The notes under the pieces were generated by a model. That model was not told the origin of the DNA and ran no database searches. It was given only the letters and a program-made list of their open reading frames with translations. This document shows positions 55,550 through 64,000 of a stretch of 64,000 bases of DNA, in pieces (the first letter of the stretch is position 1; every line of letters begins with the position of its first letter). The translations under genes were made by a program, and so were the position numbers. This DNA comes from Lytechinus pictus. Lineage: Eukaryota. The stretch lies in contig NC_087251.1 in assembly GCF_037042905.1 (NCBI RefSeq), positions 43,402,001 through 43,466,000 of the forward strand. Reading direction: 5' to 3'.

Positions 55550-56030
55550 CCTGGGATATATTCCGAAAACAAAGAGAAATATCTGGAATCTGAATCCATA
55601 TACTCCCAGTAGCAGATAAATCGTATATCCAGTATAAAAGTATAATAAGCAAAACCACCTAGAGATAACTTTAGGCCAAAAGGAAAAGAAGAGCGGGGAC
55701 CGTCCGAGGCAACCTTACGTAGCTGACTGGATATTAATAACGAGGGCCGAAACGTGAACTGAAGAGAGAATCCAGATCGAACCACTCATTTTATTATTAA
55801 ACAAAAATATCGTATTATGATTTGGCGATCCCGTGAAGAGCGGGAAAATGAAGGCGTAGAAATGGATGGACTGGAAGCGATACCCGGCGCCGTGTCGTCT
55901 GGTGCGTGTGTGCGAAGAACGATTCGCTGCTCCAAAATGTTTGAAACCCATACGTACGAAGGTATGAAAGATGAGGGTGGAAGCAGCAGATTTGTCAGTG
56001 CGGCGTTACCTTGGGCGCTGTGTATGTATA
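55550..56030 (-). other. Candidate first exon / CpG-rich promoter region
   Basis: Perfect donor AGG|GTAAGT at 55550; CpG-rich 55690-56070; TATA-like CTATATA on minus at about 56027-56033. ATG at 55599 would give MDSDSRYFSLFSEYIP + phase 2. Confidence 0.4.
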
Positions 56031-56637
56031 TAGGTCCATATGACATGTCTTCAAGAGACGTCTGAGAGCGAAAAGTAATTAAGAGAAGGGAGGGATCGGG
56101 TTGATGAGGAAAGACATAGTGAGAAACTCAAATGGATAATACAAATTGAATTATACCACAGTTAAAGGAGAAAGATTCAATCGCATTTCCATCTTTTTTT
56201 TTGTATTGTGCAAATTATTGCAATCTGGTATAACTCTTAAGGCATTATCAGAAGCCAACAGAGGAAGGATATAGATTTGAATGGTTTTATAGATATCAAT
56301 GTTATATACGAAATTGGATTTGTCAATGTTGATAGTACAATTCTGCCCGGTCTCAGTTAACCACAAAGTTAGTGCTAAAATTATTATTGAAGTTGAACCC
56401 AACGGTTCCGTTATGTTAACCGATACATTTAGTAATAGTCTTTCTTTACAGGGGAGCAGAACATCGTTTGGAATAATACTGCATTATTTTCTATTTTCAA
56501 ATTGTAAGCATAATAATCAAAGCTTAGTCTTTTTCAGGACATGAACTTCTTTTAATGATTATTATTACACGATTTTGAAATTAAGAGGGTTAATAACTTT
56601 CATGAATCAAGAGGGTTTTATACATGCTAATGATGTA

Positions 56638-56884
56638 CACTGCCAAAACAACGGTGTTAATTTAACACCAGCCCGGTATCTATATCGGTCCACACCAGAG
56701 AAGCAAAGAAATAACACCAGTTTGGGATCAAACCGATTTGGGTTAATCTCTAACTGGTGTCGCTTAAATACCAAAGTGGTGTTAGCCTAACGTCAAACTG
56801 GTAATGTTTCAACACCTCTCTGGTGTGGACCGATATGTATAGATACCAGGCTGGTGTTAGATTAACACCAGCGTGTTTGCACTG
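56638..56884. mobile_element. Palindromic CACTG-terminus MITE, copy 2
   Basis: Colinear with 858-1097 (TTTAACACCAGCCCGG.ATCTATAT..GTCCACACCAGAGAAG). Confidence 0.85.
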
Positions 56885-57205
56885 CATGAAGTATTTAGGG
56901 CTTTTGTGAATGACAGTCCTTGCTTTATGTGTTTATTGTGATTGAAAATCCTTTACAAAATAACACAATTATGACGTAAGATGGCAGTATAACATCAAGT
57001 GCGGTCTGCAATCCATAGATCATCCATGTTGAATGGTGTGGTTCGATCATGTTGGACGCTTTTCAGGCAAATTGATGAACCCATCATGATTTTTTTTTCA
57101 TATTCATTGTAATTGATTCGAGGCGAAATAAAGAATGACATTTGAATTCACTTAAATGTGTCAAGTTGATCATTGTTGATCTAGTCACATGAAAATGATA
57201 TTGGC

Positions 57206-57900
57206 TGTCTACCTAAGATATGAAACGATTAATATATCAGAGGAGATTTCAAATGTGAACACGTCTGCTAAACCAGTAATCACTAATTTCTAGTGCATGC
57301 CCCTTCATACTACAAACTTGTGAAGCGATATAGCGCGATTAATAAGGCCCCTCTAACTGAACAAACGTAATATGCATGTCTACCTAAGATATGAAACGAT
57401 TTTATATATCAGGGCCTATTTTAAGATGTGAACACGCCTCCTTAAACTAGCAATTAACGAGATCTACATTCTAACCGGTCCTGCCATCCAAACATAGCGA
57501 TTACAATTAATGGTAAAGCATACTTTTGACTGTGAACACACGTGAGATGTGTTTGTCTACGTAAGATATGAAACGATTCATATCTCAATGGCTACTTCCA
57601 GATGTGAACACGCCTCTTAAACTAGCAATTAACATGGACGATATGCACACTGGGCGTTGTGGCGTGCGCCTGTAATCCAAGCTATGTGGGGAAGTTACAA
57701 ATTGATGCAGAGGTTCGAGGATCGAGCCCTGGTCACGTCTTTCGGATGGTGACGTTAAAGGTCGGTCCCAGACGTAAATAATCATATATTTATGCACACT
57801 GTTCACACTATCTTGATATAAAGTGCTAACGACATTGTTAAATCATTCTGGATTTTCACCCATGAACGCATGTGGCTGTCTACCTTTAGATGTGAAGCTA
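57206..57900. repeat. Periodic array (~174 bp) with conserved ~75-bp head and divergent ~100-bp remainder, 3 units + start of a 4th
   Basis: TGTCTACCTAAGATATGAAACGATT-type heads at 57206, 57377, 57554 and 57877. Spacings are 171, 177 and 323 (=174 after removing the 149-bp SINE+TSD). Confidence 0.85.
57652..57790 (+). mobile_element. 7SL-RNA-headed SINE-like retroposon with target-site duplication
   Basis: Head GGGCGTTGTGGCGTGCGCCTGTAATCCAAGCTA resembles the 7SL/Alu 5' domain; B-box-like GGTTCGAGGATCGAGCCC; TSD TATGCACACT(G) at 57642 and 57791. Confidence 0.8.
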
Positions 57901-58159
57901 GTCACGTATGAACATGATCTTTGACAAACGGTTTTTAGGTGGTCAATATTCAAATATTCAAAGTAGGATTGATAAAACCTGAGTGATCTAGAGTGAATCC
58001 AAGTGAATAGTAGTTCTGAATTTAGTTTTAATCGAAAAGATCCACTTTTCAATCTCAAAGGCTTAAATTTAATTCCATCGAGTTTTTTTTTAATCTCTCT
58101 CTTTTTTTTTAATTCAAACTAAATCAGAATTCGATTGGACCCTAGCTACAATTCACCAG

Positions 58160-58321
58160 GGGAGCGTTTCATGAGGGGACTTGCCGGACGTTTTGTCCGA
58201 CAAGTCCAGTTTTATCCAACAGTTACGGTACCATAGTAATGGTGGTTCATAGACAGTCAAAATCAAGGGAATTTGTCAGATCTGACAAATTGTCGGACAA
58301 AAATGTTGATGAAACGCTCCC
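58160..58321. mobile_element. Harbinger-like MITE
   Basis: CAG|GGGAGCGTTTCAT ... ATGAAACGCTCCC|AAG: perfect 13-bp TIR and near-match 3-bp TSD. Confidence 0.8.
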
Positions 58322-60096
58322 AAGGATTTACTTAAAATCCCTGCAATTAAGAGTGAAATTTTCACGTATAAACGTATGATAAGATGTGCCTATAGCTGTC
58401 TAAGGTATTAATACAACATCAAGCCATATCTTGATAAGAGTGTGTTTAGACAGACAGCCATTAGTCCATTCATTGTTAAAGTTGAGATCTGCATGTATTT
58501 CTGTCTACAGGTCGCCTTGAGCATCTGATTAAGATGAAACGTGTACTTATATCACATATATCTTATGTGCAAAAATGCGAAAATGCAAAAAATATATCAA
58601 AGATAGCTTTGCCTCCTATAGACCATCTCGCCTTTTATCCGTTCATCTAAAGACCCGTTTTTGCTTGCCATTTTTTAGACTCGAACAAAAAAGGTGATCT
58701 GACATTTACTGTTACCGCATCTCAAGAATGAACCAACTCGTTCATTATACTACAAAATGCAAAAAAATACTAAAATACTACGAAATCTGTTAGAATTTCA
58801 GTAAAAATGGTATTAAATTTCAGCCTGATTCTGTTTTGGTTACCACATCCTGAATGCATTATTAATGATAAATTTACACATCTGAGATATGAAACGAGTA
58901 TATGATTAAGGGACACGAGGGTATGTGTTTGTGTGTGTGTGTGACCTTTGACATAGAGAGAATAAGGGGTAGGGTGCAAGAAATAGCTAAAAATAGAAAT
59001 ACAGAGAGAGAGAGAGAGAGAGAAGATAACAACTGAATTAGACTGAGAAACCAATTGACCTCGCACAAAACGAACAGGAAGACAATTGGGAAAACCTATT
59101 CACATAATAGATAATGAGTAAACATTACGGAGATCAAACGAAAAATCTTACGATGTTAAACCAAGCATTTTTTTGAAAGGGTTCGAACTCCAAAAGTTGA
59201 AATTAATGAACATGAAAATTAGAAGCAGCACTTAGGTATATAGCAAGGGTTATTTCCCTATTCAGCACGTTGTCGCGGTTTAATACACCAAACGCCCCAC
59301 TAGCCCGTTTTGAATAATGGCACTCTATAAGAAGACGAAGAAGAAATCTACACGGTGGAGGGTAAGGCGAGACAGAAAAATCGAAGTCTTCCTCACTTTC
59401 TCTAGTGAACCTACTTCGTTCTGAAAAAGAACACGCCTTGAATAATTCCGAGGGACTAATTACCCAGTCTCGACCTTATATATTACTGCATTGCTTCTGA
59501 GAAAACAAGAAGTTCATTCCAATACAGTGGTATGTGATAATTCTGTTCAATATCGCTTCCACTCCATTTTAATACATCACCAGTTTCTTCTACCTCAGCG
59601 TATGAATACAATCTATTTAGGATATAGACTTAAATAAACCTTTTTAAAATTTCATTGATGCTTCCTTCATAGGGCCTAATTTTGAGACAGTTTTTTTTCT
59701 GAATGATCTACCAAGATGTAAATTCCAATCTCCGCTTATTGTTGAAGTTTACATAAATAAATAAATAAACTAGTCGATATTAAACAATTCTTACGACTCA
59801 AAACTTAAAATGATATGTATTTTGTGTCATGCAAAAATAGAATTACTAACAAAATTATGCTATTAAAGGACATTTTTTTCAAGAAATAGACATAAGTACC
59901 GTAAAATTTGATACCAATCCATCAATTCAATTTATTCATCCTCATTTTAGATGACCTTCACGGTGTAACATTGCACTAGTACTGTTATCATCACCAGCGC
60001 TGCCATGTTATTTTATTCCACAATTTACGTCGATTTCCTATGCTTTGATAGTATCCGCTGGAAGATATTTCCTGCTAGTGGTGAGGCTGGCCAGTA

Positions 60097-60296
60097 CCGG
60101 CCTTACAGAAACGTTGTTAGCGCTAACAATGCGCTAACATAGGCCGCTGTTACAACTGTTAATATCGCAGCGATGTATGACGTCACCACAAGGTGTTATT
60201 TACATCTCGGATCAACGTTTGACATCGAATATGGAAGATATGACCGGGCCTATTGTTAGTGTTCTGTTACCGCTAATACGGTTTCTGTGCGACCGG
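60097..60296. mobile_element. 200-bp TA-flanked MITE (Tc1/mariner-pogo-like)
   Basis: TA|CCGGCCTTACAGAAACGTTGTTAGCGCTAACA ... TGTTACCGCTAATACGGTTTCTGTGCGACCGG|TA. Confidence 0.7.
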
Positions 60297-61370
60297 TACC
60301 GATCCTTTGGAAGCGTTCAAGATCGTTACTATTCAAGTCGTGTGTTATCCTTCTGGCCCACCAACATCCTGTTATGAAATGAACTATCCCCGGGGTATTC
60401 GCTGAATAAGAAACGGACGAGGTAAAATGCTTTTAAGATCGTATCCATTCGCTAAGGCACATGATCTCTCCCTCCCTCTCCCTGGTTCTCTCCCTCTATC
60501 TCTCTCTTTCACTCTCAGATAATATACATATTTCCTTCTCTTTCCCTTTCCAGTCCTTAACAAAACATGCTTCAACTCTTCTCTCTCTCTCTCTCTCTCG
60601 CACACGCACACACTCCCTCCCTCACACACACACACACACCCTACACACACACACCTTCACATACACCCTCTTGCGCGAGCCCACACATACCCTTTCATTT
60701 TTTTTTTAACAAAACGATGAACAATTTATTAGACATATTTCACAGGAAATGCAAAATCAACAATTATACACACAATACACACACCCAAATACGCACATTA
60801 TTACTGCTCTTGCATCACTGCCATGAGTGTGTGTTACCTTATCTAGTTTGTTTTCAACATCTGCAAATTATTCTATATGTTGCTATCTTTGGTTATTTTG
60901 GTTTCTATTTGCTTACATTTATACCAATTTTTTAAATCTATATATCATTATAATGGGAAATGCAAAATTCATTTCAAACATGTCTTAGGGTCCATTACTG
61001 AATCCCCAAGGGTAACCCTTATTTGATTCCTACTTCCGGAACGACCATAAGAATCTTTAAAACCCCAAACGGCCTCAGCCGTCTAACCTGTCCTGGGAAA
61101 TATTAAACGCTTTCGTAGGACCTAATTATCACAACAAAAATGTATAATATGAAAGGCGACGCTTTAAAAGCACTTAAAGATCATCTTAGAAACAGAGCTC
61201 AGAATCTCGAGTAGGTCTGGCTATTGTGATAACTTACTGACCAGAATATGAACTTGAATCAATCTATTCGTTAAAACAAGGAAACACGAGACAAACTGGA
61301 CACTACTTCTGCAATCAATTGCAATCGATTCAAATTTTAGAATTCAATGATCAACTGGGGAAAGTAAGTC

Positions 61371-61510
61371 GGGGGAAGGTTTCATGAAAGGTTTTGTCAA
61401 TGATTTTCAATGACTAACTCGCTGTCAGCCAATCAGATGCAAGGACGTACAGTAGCTTATAACATATGTCGGTGAAAATCTTTGACAAAACGTTTCATGA
61501 AACGCTCCCC
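61371..61510. mobile_element. Harbinger-like MITE
   Basis: GGGGGAAGGTTTCATGAAAGGTTTTGTCAA ... TTGACAAAACGTTTCATGAAACGCTCCCC. Confidence 0.8.
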
Positions 61511-62473
61511 TGGTGGATGCACAAGAAAAGAGCCACGAGTGTATGGTGAAGTTAAAAGGAAAACGAGGGAATTCTTCTGGATTAATTTGATTGTATTCCG
61601 AATGCACCAAACCCAATAGGGATATTGCTAGCTGTAATAAATATAGATCGTAAGTTTTATTTGATAAGGCAGGGAGGGATAGGGGGCTAGAAGAAACATT
61701 ATGCGATATAACCTCCCTATCCAATGAAGCAAATCTTGCATTTTCACTTACTGGGGTTCTGTAAAAAGGTGTGAAGTCAATATTTGATTACTTGTTTCTT
61801 TCAGTGGATATAACATTTTTTTTTCAATTTCATAGGAGGTTGGAAGGAGGGGGGGGGGGCAAGTTTCTCAAAGATGACTTATATGATTTCACTCCAAGAA
61901 AAATATAGGGGATAATTATCGTAACACGACTCAACGCGCTATTTTTATTATCTGTATACACATTTCTTCCTTTTTCATGCTTATTTTATTCTTTTGTTTT
62001 AATGTTTGTTATCAATTATTGATAAATCAAGATGATATATTTTCTCTTATACGCCGCCTGCCCGCCACCACTGTTTCTCTGATGATAAAACTCTTTCGGA
62101 GGCAAATACTAAACAAACAATAACACCTATTCCCGAGAAAAAAAGTACATGCATTCCGTTTCACGTTGTTTTTAATCAATATTAGGAAACCATCATGCAT
62201 GTTAGAACGATACTGCATTTCTGTTTCAAAGTATATTTTTCCAATTATGAGTAACGCTTAATATTCATGGTAATTTCTTCTCCAAATCCCGGCGCAATAA
62301 TTTTCCACTTGTATGACATTACTCAAGTGAATAGACAGTTTCTGAACTAACAATGAACATTCGACAGATACCTCTAGGGGCCACGCAAGGTAATTTTCTC
62401 GGTCCAACCATTTTCATACTGTATGTTCAAGATCAGTAGCTGTTGGGTGGTTTTCTTTCTCAGCTACATGACT

Positions 62474-62905
62474 TTTGCTGATGACTGCATGCTGTATCGG
62501 GAAATCATCAGCAGTTTGGACGCTCGGATGTTGCAGAAAATGTTTGACTGGTAAAATAGCTAGCTTATGTCATTCAATTCTTGTAATTGTTATGTTCTGA
62601 AGATCTGCTGTCGTCGGTTTTCAATGAACTACAATTTACACCGTTTGTCAGACCTGCAAGAGTGGAAAAATATCCTGGAGTTGCTCTGTCCAACAATGTC
62701 AAATTTGCAAGAAAGCCACCTAACAGCTATAGGTTTTTTTTCAGCCGCTACACAAGGTCCTTGCCCCAGTCATTCGGAAACGTGTCCTACAAGTTCGCTT
62801 CACTTGTAGGACCCAAAATATACTAAAGATCAAACTACAAGCGGCTCGTTGGGTCTTAGCTAATTGTAAAACCAATGTGATCACCAAGTTGAAAGGGCCC
62901 ACGAA
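62474..62905 (+). mobile_element. Degenerate reverse-transcriptase fragment of a CR1-group LINE
   Basis: Translates FADDCMLYREI...LQKMFDW*NS*LMSFNSCNCYVLKI, then (frameshifted) KYPGVALSNN, SLVGPKIY, QAARWV. These are the FADD catalytic motif and downstream non-LTR ORF2 motifs in the expected order, with stops and frameshifts. Confidence 0.85.
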
Positions 62906-63005
62906 ATGGTCTAGCTTGTTCCCAAGACGCATGTAAGCAGGTGAGTAGACTTGGTAGGGTGTATAGGATCGCGATATTCTTAACCCTAAGTACTTCAGTC
63001 ACCAG

Positions 63006-63135
63006 GGGCCCGTAACACAAAGCTTAGCAATGATCGCAGAACAGTTTTTTTACGATTGATTCCATTGACTACAATGTACAACTAATCGTAAAAATCGAGC
63101 GTACGATTAATCGATAACCTTTGTGTTTCGAGACA
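63006..63135. mobile_element. Harbinger-like MITE with CAG TSD
   Basis: CAG|GGGCCCGTAACACAAAG ... CTTTGTGTTTCGAGACA|CAG. Confidence 0.7.
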
Positions 63136-63356
63136 CAGAAAACAAAAATCACAAGGGCTTCCAGACATACCGTCCAAGAAGCAACAAAGACATATTAACC
63201 GAACAAATTGCAAAAGAAAATCGATATCACAGCTTCACCTGATTTCCAGAATCTCCCGCGAATTCATTACAAAAAAAATACCGTAACTCCTCTGTGTAAT
63301 ATGCATGCAACTTTCGTCTCCGAGGTATTTGGATGCCGAGCCCTTTGAAGATTTAG

Positions 63357-63600
63357 AAGGAGAAGAAAGAAGAAGCAGAAGAAGGAAGAGGAGAAGAAGA
63401 AATAAGGAAGAAGAAGAAGAAGAAGTAGAAAGAAGAAGAAAAAGAAGCAGAAGGAGGAGAAGAATTAAAAAGAAGAATGAAGAAGAAGAAATAGAAAGAG
63501 GAGGAGAAGAAGAAGAATAAAGGAGAAGAAGAAGAAGAAAAAAGAGTAGCAGAAAAAAGACGAACAAGAAGGAAAAAAGGAGAAAAAAATGATGAAGAAA
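63357..63600. repeat. (GAA)n-rich purine tract
   Basis: Explains the R/E/K-rich and F/L/S-rich ORFs. Confidence 0.95.
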
Positions 63601-64000
63601 ACTCAAATTTCTAGATACAGTCTACTTTGTAATTGTCGATTTTTTAAATTTTTATTCATATTTGATTTTGAAATATTGCTAGATGCTTGATTAAACCCCG
63701 AAAATTTACTCTCATATCCATAAAGAATTATATAAAATGAAGGATTTATGCAATAAAACTAAATGAAACGTGAATAGCAGTCGCCTCCAGTCGCTATCTG
63801 GAAAAGAGCTATCGTGTGTAACTAAGATTAGCAGTATATTCCCAAAGGAACGGATGGCAATACGTCTAATGGATGGTGTAAAATAAATATAACCTAATAT
63901 TACTGTTTGTTAGATGGTGCATACGTTGTTTACTCAACATTTTTATCTTTCTTCTAGAACTTGAAGAAGTAGAATCCAAATAATCATAATTTCACTCGAA

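Noticed and set aside
57652..57790. Human Alu contamination or a functional 7SL gene
   Set aside because: Similarity stops after ~40 nt, with no S domain or Alu body. The insert has a TSD and sits inside a native array.
57206..57900. CRISPR array
   Set aside because: Eukaryotic DNA, ~75-bp imperfect heads, ~100-bp spacers, no cas genes.
62026..62340. Second LINE RT remnant upstream of the FADD fragment
   Set aside because: Only vague motif echoes; no intact diagnostic motif.

Overview
AT-rich eukaryotic (metazoan) DNA. The repeat landscape (long poly-G runs, GA tracts, many short palindromic MITEs, tRNA/CORE-type SINE, CR1/L2-group LINE remnants) looks like a sea urchin or other marine invertebrate deuterostome; this assignment is inference. 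No recognisable protein-coding gene is present: nearly all long ORFs in the track are translated microsatellites. The window reads as intronic or 5' regulatory DNA of a large gene, probably on the minus strand. Several candidate alternative 5' exons end in GT-AAG/GT-AAA donors (about 55550, 45337, 38991, 36712, 26033 and a 748-nt exon at 18367-19114). Other contents are roughly 20 non-autonomous DNA transposons (CAC..GTG/TA, TTAA|AG..CT|TTAA Kolobok-type, piggyBac-like, Harbinger-like, TA-flanked), three LINE remnants, a tRNA-derived SINE, several tandem arrays and many microsatellites. The standout is a 139-bp retroposon at 57652-57790. It has a 7SL-RNA/Alu-domain head, a tRNA-like B box, a Deu/Nin-core-like hairpin and a clean 10-11 bp target-site duplication, and it is inserted into one unit of a ~174-bp periodic array. 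It is a candidate invertebrate 7SL-derived SINE lineage.
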